Source: Glaucostegus cemiculus (lineage: Eukaryota). Taken from it: a DNA stretch of 64,000 nt. Position numbers and translations under genes: made by a program. The notes beneath the pieces are model-generated. The model worked only from the letters and a program-made list of their open reading frames with translations. It was not told the origin of the DNA and did no database searches. This document shows positions 13,440-25,039 of the stretch, one piece after another. The DNA lies in assembly GCA_976551045.1 (NCBI GenBank), contig CDPCPM010000479.1, positions 496,001 to 560,000 of the forward strand, written 5' to 3'. Position 1 is the first letter of the stretch; the number at the start of each line of letters is the position of its first letter.

Positions 13440-13830
13440 ATGGAATTGTTATGCCAGACAATTTGAAGGGCATTTGGCCTATTATGCCAGTTCTATGTAA
13501 AACAATCCAATCAGGCTCATTACTTTTTTTCTCTATATATAACTGCAGATTATTTTCCACCCCTTCCCTTTTGAAAGCTATGATTCACTCTATTTTCATT
13601 ATCCTTCCAGAAAGTGAAGTCCAGATCATAACTACACTCTGAATTTAAAAATAAAAGCTTTTCCTCCCATCTCCTAATATCTTTTGCCCACCATTTTAAA
13701 TCTGCCTCCAAACCATTTGTTAATGAGAATAGCTTCTTTCTATTTACCTTATTTAAACCCGTCAAGATCTTGTGCACCCCTATCAAACCTCCCGAGGAAC
13801 ACAATCACAAAATCTGCATTTTAACCCAAA
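13440..13830 (-). mobile_element. Degenerate CR1 3' fragment
   Basis: Minus ORF GGLIGVHKILTGLNKVNRKKLFSL resembles the CR1 RGDLIEVYKI..LFP motif. Confidence 0.7.
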
Positions 13831-16012
13831 ATCCCTTACTTTAACTGTAAGTCTCCATTGCTGATATATGGTTTAGCTGATCATTCTTTAATTAGGTGAT
13901 TAACAGAGAGAGTTATAAAGGACTGTATTGTACTGCATTCATTTAGTCACAGGAGTTCAGAAGGACTGTACAGTGGCTGTTTATATTCTTCCTTCCATTA
14001 CTTTAATTGTAATGGTTATCTGTAGGGGTTGTTGCTGCCTGAGGTACTCTGGAGCAGGAGGAAGGGAGCAGGTTTGGCTGTCAGAGGATGGAAGATGCTT
14101 AGTGAGAGGAAACCACTTACTGATGTAGTACACTATGCCAGCAGAGAAGCTGGTGGTGTTTTATTGACAAGACAGTTGCTGGATGTGGAGGCCCCAAGCT
14201 GTCAGAGTTACCTGCACTTCCATTTAGTATCACACCTTTGTGTAACTGCAAATCTTCAGTCTTTTATTCAAGAAGAATAGGCTGTCATTCATCTTTTAAA
14301 ATTTTCTTTCAATGATATGCACATCGGGTTTGAACTGAGGATTACTGTCAGTTTGGACAAATCTTGGATGAGACTGGAAAGTAATGGCTAAATATAATTG
14401 TTTAAACAGAGAAATGTAATTACATTTTCCATTATTAATCTACACACTAAATATCTAGTTCCATTACAGTGCAGTGTTCCAATGGTTATCTTAATGTCTT
14501 CACTTATACTTCAAATATCAATTACTTAATCTGTATCAAAAATAAATGTTGGAAATGTACATGAAGTCAGTCGGCTCTATGTATAAAGGCCAAACGGTTC
14601 AGTAATTGTTATTAGTGAAAGCTATACACAGTAATTGTATATTCAAATGTGTATCCACTTTACAGATCTTGATCAACCTTCTGTGTGCATTTCCAATAAT
14701 TTCAATTTTTTCCCTGTTATTTCTGAAGATATACATATTTGGTTAGAAAATTTCTCTGCAGGCAGTTTTTGCCCAATTGGAATAATGTGAATAGCTCCTA
14801 ATTTGAATAGGTCTACCTAACTTCAAAGAATCACTAGGTAATAACAGGCTTCAAGAATATGACAGCTTGTATGTTAGTAACGGATAAGCTGCCAATGCGT
14901 GTTTTCTGTCAGTTCATTCTTTGTATTGCATCTGGCCTTCAATGCTTTTTCATCACCTAGTAAGTAACATAAAGAGCTTTTTTAAAAATATGTTGACACT
15001 ATAGTTATGAGAATCAAAAGATAGAAGGCAGCATTGTTACCTGAACAATGCATTTATAATTGACATAATTTCAAAAATACTTGCATTCTGATATGCTTAA
15101 TATAAATCAATTTACATGTTTCATATTTTGCTCTCTGGTGGCTCAATTAGTAAATGAATGCCAATATCAAACAATAATTTTGACAGGAAATAGTCCAGAT
15201 TCAAACCCATTCTTTTAGCTAATCTTATCTGAGGCCGCAGTAGAGCAGTACTGTTGTATTCTGGTCTGATACAAGGGAACATCAGTCAGAATATATGCTG
15301 TTGATCACTGTCAAGTGAAGTCTTTTGGACTGTAAATTTGCACAGTATTTTTTTTGGCTTTGTACATAACCTGTTTTTTTTTAATTGAACATTTTGCAGA
15401 TGCTCTGTCTACATCCATACCAGAAAAGTTGACGACTGGGGTGAACTACAGGAGAGTATTTGGTGCTCTTGGCATTGTGTTCCAGTATGAGTTTTGGGGA
15501 ATTTTCTGCCATTCATTTGCTTCAATCATAGATAATGTTTACAAGGACTGTATATAATTATTAGCACAATGATGATGCTTAGTTTATATTTGCTTCTGTC
15601 TGTCAGCTTTCACAGCCAGTCACCCAACAAACAAAATTACTCGGTTCTATTATGGTCAGCACTAAAAGTAGCTGTTGTTTTCTAGGTTTTAGTGTCTGCT
15701 CCCAGTATAACTCTGGCCTGTATAAAGTACTTCACTGGTGACAGCTGAGTCTTTCATAGTTTTCAGAACACTCCCTGCTAATCCCTTTGTAACTTGCGTT
15801 ATTGCTGCTACTTGTGTTGCATAATGTAATAATACTGTTTAATTCAAATAGATAATCATGCACTTCAGTCAAGTTTCTTCTGCTAGATTTAATTGCTAGC
15901 AGCAAACATGGGTTGATCAAAATGCATGCAGAACAAAACCTCAAATTATTTACATAGCACATAATTTCCGCACAAGTATATTGTGTGTGGATAGTGCCCC
16001 CAATTTGTCATG

Positions 16013-17396
16013 AGTTTTCTGCCATCAGTTCTTGGACACTGGTAGCCTGATTTATTGGTTATATTCAGGATAGTGGTTTTCATGCTATTCTCCCAAAATC
16101 TGGGGTGATTACAATGGTCTGGAGTTGCAGAGGTCGTAAAGTCAGTTTTCAGAATAACCAACCCTGGAACCTTTGGTAAAGAAACAAACCTTTTCACTTT
16201 ATTTCTTCTGCCAGGTGTGCATTCTTTATTTTCATTTTTCAAAAAATGACTGAGCAATACAAAATTTAAAAAAGAGAGGATTCAGTTCAAATGTGAAAAT
16301 GCTGATAATGAGTACTACATGATGTACCTTTGCACAGAGGAATCTTGCTCACCATTCTCCCACCAGCTACAGAGGCGCTTGGAAGTTTTCCTAGATTTTC
16401 CCACAGTCAGATGAGTGTGGTATGTGGCCACTGGAGGATTAGGCTGAATTAGCAAACCTCTGCTCTGCTTGAATATGCTTTAGTAAGTATTGATGTTGTC
16501 CTTTCAAACAAATGTAAACTGCTGATCCTTGCATATTGCATGACCGTGCTGTCCGAGTGAATAAAGTCAATTGTTTGAATTTCAAATGTTGTATATTACA
16601 CTGAGAATAAGATGTGCTTTCTGGAGCTGTGTCCTTTCTAAAGGATGGCACAATGCATTCTGAAATAAAAGATTGACTTTCTAGAGGTTCTTTAAAATAG
16701 TTTTCTGACATCAGTTCATGAACACTGGTAGCCTGACTTATCACTTATTGTATATTCAGGATAGTGGTTCTCATGCTATTCTCCCAAAATCTGGGGTGAT
16801 TACAATAATCTGGAGTTGTAGTGGTCGTAAAGTCAATTTTCAGAATAATCAATCCCGGAACCTTGGGTAAAGAAAAGAACCTTTTCACTCTATCTTCTGC
16901 CAGGTGTGCATTGTTTATGTGCACTGTTTATTTGCATTTTTCAAAAAAATGACTGAGCAATATAAAATTAAAAAGAGGACTAATTTCAAATGTGAAAATG
17001 CTGATAATGAGTGCTACATGATGTACCTTTGCACAGAGGAATTTTGCTCACCATTCTCCCACAAGCTGCAGAGGTGCTTTTTCCTAGATTTTCCCACAGT
17101 CAGATGTGTGTGGTATGTGGCCACTGGAGGATTGGGCTGAATTAGCAAACCTCTGCTCTGCTTGAAAATGCTTTAGTAAGTATTGGTGTTGTCCTTTCAA
17201 ACAAATGTAAACTGCTGATCCTTGCATATTGTATGACCGTGCTGTCCGAGTGAATAAAATCAATTGTTTGAATTTCAAATGTTGTATATTACACTGAGAA
17301 TAAGATGCGCTTTCTGCAGCTGTGTCCTTGTTAGAGGTTGGCACAATGCAGTCTGAAATAAAAGATTGACTTTCTAGAAGTTCTTTAAAATAGTTT
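16013..17396. repeat. Direct tandem duplication of ~686 bp (copy 1 16013-16698, copy 2 16699-17391)
   Basis: Long matching blocks such as catgctattctcccaaaatctggggtgattacaa and tggtatgtggccactggaggatt; paralogous minus-strand ORFs 16439-16744 and 17084-17344 are near-identical. Confidence 0.97.
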
Positions 17397-18325
17397 ATTA
17401 AAATAGTTTAATAGTCATGCATATAGTTAAAGTATCAGGGATTTTTTTTGTGAATTAGAACCCATTATAAAAATCATTACCAAAAAAAAAATAATTTACT
17501 TCTCTTCCCAAAAAGGGAAGAAAAATTGTGGAAATGAGGTTTTGTATTCTTGTTATTAACAGGTTGTTACTGGGCCTGCTTAACGGCAAAGCTGAAGTAA
17601 TGTCAATGGATGTAATCTTCAGTCCCTTATCACTGGGGATAAAAGCTGGAGTCCCATGTTTTGAATATTGTAGATCTGGCAAGATGACTCCAATTTGCCA
17701 GTAGCAGTGCTATTTTAGAACAAAATCTTTGCAATTATAGGCATGGGTAATAGCTCCATGTACTGAATCTGCAATGGTGTAAGGGGGGAGAAAAAAACAT
17801 TCTTACCCTAAGGCTTATTGTTCTCTTGAAATGAAGTTCCTTCTGGCTATTTTAAAGCCCCAGTGCAAAATGCAGAAGGAAATATTTGCGTCTTATTTGC
17901 TCTTTCTTCCCAGTGGGGACCTTTCTTATATCTGGTCCAAGATTGTTTTAAGGATGGAAATTGCAGCTGCACTGATTCTATATACTTACATAATGTATAT
18001 GTGCACTTCCCTTTGATAGTCATGGCTCAGTTTTCAGTAGTGGGAACTCCAGTAAGGTATATATATATTCAGTCTGATCTGAATTTGATTTTTATTGATA
18101 TAGTTATAGAGCCTTTCTTAATCCATTTCTATTTTGGCAATACTGAGATTCCAATGCAATGGCAGAGCAATAATAGGACCATCAATGATGCTTTCTTGTC
18201 TTTCACTGATTTTTGTGGAAAAATATCCATACCTCCAGAGAGTTCTTTTTCTGATTGTTGGTTTGTGTTGGCAGAAGGATTGGAACAAGTTGTATGTTCG
18301 TTCTCCACTAAAGGTAATGAACTCT

Positions 18326-18450
18326 CAGTTCTGATGCAGGGTTTCGACCCGAAACATTGACAATTCCTTCCCCCGCACCCCCCCCCCCCCTTCCCCAAAG
18401 TCACTGCAGATTGTTTGTTGTTCCAGATTTCAGCATCTGCTGTCTCTAGG
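18326..18450 (+). mobile_element. Solo PLE pLTR with hammerhead motif (18326-18362)
   Basis: cagtt-CTGATGC-a-gggt(ttcg)accc-GAAAC-att-gac, followed by ttgttccagatttcagcatctgc. Confidence 0.75.
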
Positions 18451-18679
18451 AAATGAATTCAAATGGAGTGAAAACTGGTTACAAATGTCATTGCTCATTT
18501 TCTCTCAAAAGTTGGATTTGGACTATGAATATATTTTCAGGCTATTCTGAATTTAGATTTCATAATAATTGAACTGTTTTAGGATATGTTAAATAACTTC
18601 TCTATCCAGACTGTGTTTCTTAATTCTGTTTCTGGATACATAAAGATGTAGCATAATGAGAAGGTGTTAACTGTCTGCA

Positions 18680-18846
18680 GGTAGCATCTGTGAAGAGAAA
18701 AACAGAGTCAACATTGCAGGTTGATGACTTTTCATCAGAACTGGCCAATTCTGATGTAAGCTTGTCAACATGTAATATTAACTTTGTTTTTCTCTCTCCG
18801 CAGATATTGTTCTACTGAGTATTTTCAATAATCTCATTTATTTTAG
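18680..18846. mobile_element. Palindromic PLE-derived element: two head-to-head pLTR/hammerhead arms
   Basis: Arms catctgtgaagagaaaaacagagtcaacattgcaggttgatgacttttcatcagaac and ttctgatgtaagcttgtcaacatgtaatattaactttgtttttctctctccgcagata are centred on tggcca (18742-18747). Confidence 0.75.
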
Positions 18847-20532
18847 ACCCTGCCCTCACTTTGGTAAGTCAGACCACCAGGCTGTGCTCCTTCTCCCTGC
18901 ATACAAACAGAAGCTGAAAGGGGAGGATCCAGTACAGAAAGTCATACAGTCCTGGTCTAAAGAAGATAGGTGAGCTTCTACATGACTGCTTTAAGTCAGT
19001 GGATTAGTTCATGTTCAAAGACTCAGCTGCCAGCCTAGATGGTATGTCACCACCATCACAGATTTTATCATCAAGTATGTTGAGGACTGTGTATCAAAGA
19101 GGACAATCTGGGTGTTCCCAAACCAGAAACCATGGATGAACCAGGAGATCTACTCCCTACTGAAGTCTAGGACTGCAGCATTCAAATCAGGTGACCCTGA
19201 CCTTTACAAGAAATTGAGCTGTAACCCCCATAAAGCTATCAGAGATACAAAGAGACAGTATCAGTCCAAAATCAAGTCTTAGACCAACCGTCAGTTGTGG
19301 CAGGGTTTACGTGCCATAATGGGCTACAAAATGAAGTTGGGTAGCATCGTCAACAACAGCACTTATCTTCCTGATGAGTTTAAGGCATTCTATGCGCATT
19401 TTGAACAGAAGGGGATTGATATGTCACCACCCACCCCTACAGCCACCAATGAACCTGAACCTGTGTAACTGGATCCTTGACTTCCAGACCAACAGACTGC
19501 ATTCAGTAAGGATAGGTAGCAACACCGACGGCACGTTTATTCTCAACACTGGTGCCCCACAAGGCTGCATCCTCAGTCCCCTACTCTATTCCCTGTAGAA
19601 TCATGACTGCGTGGCCAAATTCTGCTCTAATGTCATCTACAAGTTTGCAGATAATACCACCGTAGTGGGCTGTATCTCAAATAACAATGGGTCAGAGGAT
19701 AGGAAGGAGATGGAGAGCTTAGTGACATAGTGTTATGACAAGAACCTTTCCCTCAATGTTAGTAAAACAAAAGAGCTGGTCATCGACTTCAGGGAGAGGG
19801 GTGGTGCACATCCTCCTGTCTACATCAACAGTGCTGAAGTCGAGAGGGCTGAGAGCTTCAAGTTCCTGGGAATGAACATAACTGATAGCCTATCCTGGTC
19901 CAACCACATAGACTTCATGGCCAAGAAAGCTTAACAGCACCTCTATTCCCTCAGGACGTTGAAGAAATTTGGCATATCCCCCTTGACACTCACCGACTTT
20001 TATCGATGCAACATAGAAAGCATACTATCTGGATGCATCACAGCTTGACATGGTAACTGCTCTGCCTGGGACTGCAAGAAACTGCAGAGAGCTATGGACG
20101 CAGCTCAGCACATCATGGAAACCAGCTTTACTTCCATGGTCTCTGAAGCAGCCAACATAATCAAAGACCCCATCCACCTGAGACATTCCCTCTTCTTCCC
20201 TGTCCCATCAGGCAGAAGGTGCAAAAGCCTGAAAGCACGTACCATCAGGCTTAAGGACAGCTTCTATCCTGCTGTTATAAGACTATTGAACGGTTCCCTA
20301 CTTTGATAAGATGGAGTCTTCACCTCACAATCTACCTTGTTATGACCTTGCATGTTATTGTCTACCTGTACTGCACGTTGTCTGTAGCTGTGACACTTTA
20401 CTCTGCATTCTGTATTGTTTTACCTTGTACTACCTCAGTGCACTGTGTAATGAATTAATCTGTATCAATGGTATGCAAAACAAGTTTTTCACTGTACCTT
20501 GGTACATGTGACAATATAAACTAATTCCAATT
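18846..20532 (+). mobile_element. Rex1/Babar LINE, 5'-truncated and internally deleted
   Basis: PHFGKSDHQAVLLLPAYKQKLK (APE endonuclease end), FPNQKPWMN, LCNWILDF..NTGAPQGCILSPLLYSL, YKFADNTT (RT core) and IIKDPIH..GRRCKSLKARTIRLKDSFYP; 3' UTR ends gtacatgtgacaatataaac. Confidence 0.9.
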
Positions 20533-21384
20533 TCCAGGAGCTACAGTATTAAGTATCTCATAATCCTAACATTGCTTATTATTGTCTTTCTCTTTTCTCA
20601 TTCACTTCCTTCTACTTGTCTCTTCCAAGTAGGCTTAGCTGTGGTTAACAAACTTCCATTGTCCTTTCTGGGCTGCCACCACCACCACTGCGTCATTCAG
20701 TTTTTCTTGGTTTCCACTCTAACACAGTTATATTACAGTATTTCCAGAATTTTCTGTTTTTTATCTTGTTCCTTAGGGCATGGTTTATTCCATCTTGTGT
20801 TAAATTCTTTTTTGAATGCTTCCTACAGACTTTTTCCATTTACCAGTTAACGAACTTTGCCCAGTTCACTATGGCTAATTTCTCTCATCCTATTAAACTC
20901 AGTTTGACATAAATGTAATGCCTTTTACACAGAAGTAAATATTTTTCTTCATTCTGCAATAAATGGGAAGAATTATTGTGCTGCATTTTTTAATTTATAG
21001 GGAATGTATCATATTTTATAATGCATTTATGATTGTGTTTTCTGTCCAGGTATTGGGGGTATTATTTGCAACTCAGTCTAAGTATTGGTACCCTTATTTT
21101 CGTACATTTCACAAATGTTGCTTACAAGGCTGCTACGATACATGTGGATGATTCCAAAATTCTGATGGTTTGGTAGGACCTAAATCTATTGAATGTTACT
21201 GAGATGGTGGAGTAGAGCTAAGGTGAAACCTTCAGTTTTTTTTAATCAAGGTTTCCTATTAAGACATTTTGAAAAGAAATAAATGTGCTGTTGATTGGAT
21301 GAAGTGGAAATGAGTCACTGTTTCACCCTATTTGGATAGTTGATATGGTGAGATATATATTCCCTTTGTCCTATAACTCTATGT

Positions 21385-21515
21385 AATGGATAGGAAAATT
21401 TTAGAGGGATGTGGGCCAAACACAGGCAAATAGGACTAGCTTGATAGACATCTTGGTTGGCATGGATGAGTTAGGCCGATGAACCTGTTTCCTTGCTGTA
21501 CATCTCTGACTCTAT
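21385..21515 (+). mobile_element. CR1 3' terminal fragment
   Basis: tttagagggatgtgggccaaacacaggcaaatagg..ggatgagttaggccgatgaacctgtttcc. Confidence 0.75.
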
Positions 21516-21539
21516 CCATAACTCTGCCCACTGTCCAAC

Positions 21540-22320
21540 TTAAAATCGACTTGTTTCCTCTCTTTCCCAGTTCTGAAGCAGGGTCTTCAACCTGAAATCC
21601 TAACACTATTTCTCCTTCTGGAGTTGCTGCTTGACCTGTTGCTTCCAGCATTTTCTATTTTTATTTCAGAATTCCAGCATCTGAAGTGTTTTTTTGACTT
21701 TCAAAAAGACTTTAATTCTCCTTCCCACTCCTGCCCTGAGCTAAGTGTCTTTGCATTCCTAAACTGCTCCAATGAAGCCCAACGTTTACATGCAGAACAG
21801 CATCTCATCTTCCTTCTGGGCACATTACACCCTTCAGAACTCTGCATCGAATTCAACAATTTCAAATACATTGCTTTTTCTGATTGGTTCTGCTGTAAGA
21901 TTATCTACATATATTAACTCAGTTTTTCTACCTCCACAGACACTGTTCAATCTGCTGGGCATTTCCAGCATTCTAATTTTGGTCTCAGCTTTCAACAACA
22001 GCATTGACCTGTGCATTATAGCTTTAAAATGTCCCTTTGTTTGTTTTCTCACTCTCTAGCTGCCCTCATTAATTTATTAACCAGACAGCTCAATAAACGT
22101 CAGGGTCACCTGGACCACCCTGGCCTGACTTTAACAGTGATTTTTTCTTTGTCCTGTGCACTACTCCTTGAAACACTCTGCAGCTGAAAATTAACTTGTT
22201 TTCTCACATAGCTAGTTCTTATGAAGGTCTTTGATCTTAAATGTTAAGTCTGTTTGTCCTCCCACAGACACTGCCTAGCCTGCTGTGTGTTTCCATCATT
22301 CTCCAGTCTTAATTGCCATG
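21540..22320 (+). mobile_element. Tandem PLE fragments: pLTR, GIY-YIG C-terminus, pLTR, 3' region plus pLTR
   Basis: ORF DFNSPSHSCPELSVFAFLNCSNEAQRLHAEQHLIFLLGTLHPSELCIEFNNF; pLTR motifs at ~21570-21690, ~21910-21990 and ~22210-22310. Confidence 0.8.
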
Positions 22321-22544
22321 ACTTCCTCTGACTGATAGGGCTAAAGTCCTGTTCTGATTCTGCATACAGCAGTGCTATGGGTTTTCGGGTCCTGCCATTG
22401 AAGTATGATCGAAACAAAATGGTATCACTGAGAGATATGAAGGTCTAGGGTCCAGTTCAACAAAGAATCATAGAACAGTACAGCTCAATACAGGCCCTTT
22501 GGCCCACAGTGTTGTGCTAACCTTTAAACCTTACCTAAGACTAT

Positions 22545-25020
22545 CTAACCCCTTCCTCCCACATATCCATCTCTTTTAAATTCCTCCATATGCTTATATA
22601 GTAATCTCTTAAATTTGGCCAATGTACCTGCCTCCACCACTGCCTCAGGCAGCGCATTCCATGCCCCAACCACTCTCTGGGTGAAAAACCTTCCTCTGAT
22701 ATCTCCCTTGAACTTCCCACCCATTACTTTAAAGCCATGCCCTCTTGTATTGAGCATTAGTGCTCTGGGGAAAGAGGCGCTGGCTGTCCACTCTATCTAT
22801 TCTTCTTAATATTCTGTAAACCCCTATCATGTCTCCTGTCATCCTCCTTCTCTCCAAAGAGTAAAGCCTAGCTCCCTTAGTCACTCCTCATAATGCATAC
22901 TCTCTAAACCAGGCAGCATCCTGGTAAATCTTCTCTGCACCCTTTCCAACGCTTCCACATCCTTCCTATAATGAGGTAACCAGAACTGGACACGGTACTG
23001 TAAGTGTGGTCTAACCAGAGTTTTGTAGAGCTGCATCATTACCTCATGGCTCTTAAACTCGATACCACAACTAGTGAATGCTAACATCCCATAAGCTTTC
23101 TTAACTATCCTATCCCCTATCCACCTGTGAGGCAACTTTTGAGGATCTGTGGATATGAACCCCCAGAACCCTCTGCTCCTCCACACAACTCAGAATCCTG
23201 TCATTAACCTTGTACTCCACCTTGGAGTTTGCCTTTCCAAAGTGTACCACCTCACACTTCTCTGGACTGAACTCCATCTGCCACTTCTCAGCCCAGCTCT
23301 GCGTCCTATCACTGACCCTCTGCAATCTTTAACAATCCTCCACACTATCCACAACACCACCAACCTTTGTGTGTGTGTGCAAACTTGCCAACCCACCCTT
23401 CTACCCCTTCATCCAAGTCATTCATAAAAATCATGAAAGGCAGAGATCCCAGAACCAATCCTTGTGGGACACCACTAGTCACAACCCTCCAATCTAAATG
23501 CACTCCCTCCATCCACAACCCTCTGCTTTCTACAGGCAAGCCATTTCTGAATCCATACAGGCAAGCTTCCCTGGATCCCTTGGCCTCTGACCTTCTGAAG
23601 AAGCCTACCACATGGAACCTCATCAAAGGCCTTGCTAAAATCCATGTAGACCACATCTACTGTACTACCCTCATCAATCTGCCTGGCCACCTCCTCAAAG
23701 AACCCTATCAGACTTGTGAGACATGATCTGCCCTTCACAAAGCCATGCTGGCTGTCCTTTATCAGACCATGATTCTCTAAATGCCCATAGATCCTATCTC
23801 TAAGAATCCTTTTCAACAGCTTGCCCATCACAGACGTAAGGCTCACTGGTCTATAATTCCCTAGACTATTCCTACTTCCTTTTTTGAATAAGGGGACAAC
23901 ATTTGCCATCCTCTAATCCTCTAGTACCATTCCCATGGACAACGAGGACTCAAAGATCCAAAGGTTCAGCAATCTCCTCCCTCACTTCCCAGAGCAGCCT
24001 GGGGAATATTACGTCGGGCCCCGGGGACATATCTGTCCTAAGATTTTCTAATACATGCTCTAGAGCCAACTCTGTCCTCAGCATCATCAAGGCCCCTCTC
24101 CTTGGTGAATACTGAACTATTCATTTGAGGACCTCACCCATTTCCACATCTTCCAGGCACATCTTCCCACCTTTATCCCTAATCAGTCCTACCTTTATTC
24201 CTGTTATCCTTCTGCTCTTCACATAAGTGAAAAATGCCTTGGAGTTTTCCTTAACCCTACTCACCAAGGCCTTTTCATGGCCCCTTCTTGCTCTCCTCAG
24301 CCCCTTCTTAACTTCCTTCCTTGCTACCCTGTGTTCCTCAAAAGACCGATCTGATCCTTGCTGCCTAAACCTTATGTATGCTGCCTTCTTCTTCCTAACT
24401 AGATGTTCCACCTCTCTTGTCAACCATGGTTCCTTCACCCTGACATTCTCATTTACCAGGACAAATTTATCCTTAACGTCCTGCAAGAGATCCCTGAACT
24501 ATGACCACCACTCCATAGTACACTTCTCTTCAAAAATATCATCTCAGTTTACACTTGCAAGTTCTAGCCTTATAGCCTCATAATTTGGCCTTCCCCAGTT
24601 AAATGTTTTCCTGTCCTCTTTGCTCCTATCCTTATCCATGACGATGCTAAAGGTTATGGAGCAGTGGTCACTGTCCCCCCAAATGCTCACCCGCTGAGAG
24701 ATCTGCCACCTGACCCAGTTCATTACCTAATACTAGATCTAATATGGCATTCTCTCTAGACGGCCTGTCAACATACTGTGACAGGAATCCATCCTGGACA
24801 CGCTTAACAAACTCTGCCCTGTCTAAACCTTTGGTACTAAGCAGGTGCCAATCAATATTTGTGAAGTTGAAGTCTCCCATGATAACGACCCCGTTATTTT
24901 TGCACCTTTCCAAAATCTGCCTCCCAATCTACTTCTCAGTATCCCTGCTGATACCAGGGAGCCTATGGAATACTCCCAGTAGAGTAACTGCTCCTTTCTT
25001 GTTCCTAACTTTCTTGTTCC
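22545..25020 (-). pseudogene. CR1 ORF2 (APE endonuclease and reverse transcriptase), broken
   Basis: Chain of minus ORFs 24668-24913, 24121-24486, 23475-23909, 23345-23656, 23110-23325, 22881-23186 and 22545-22757 carrying canonical CR1 motifs. Confidence 0.93.
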
Positions 25021-25039
25021 TTCCCATCTCCCTTGCAAA

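Noticed and set aside
16439-17344. Two similar minus-strand ORFs suggesting a duplicated gene
   Set aside because: Explained by the DNA tandem duplication; the starts differ and there is no protein-family signal.
17863-18360. 165-aa plus-strand ORF
   Set aside because: No recognisable domain, composition typical of AT-rich non-coding DNA, and it runs into a PLE pLTR.
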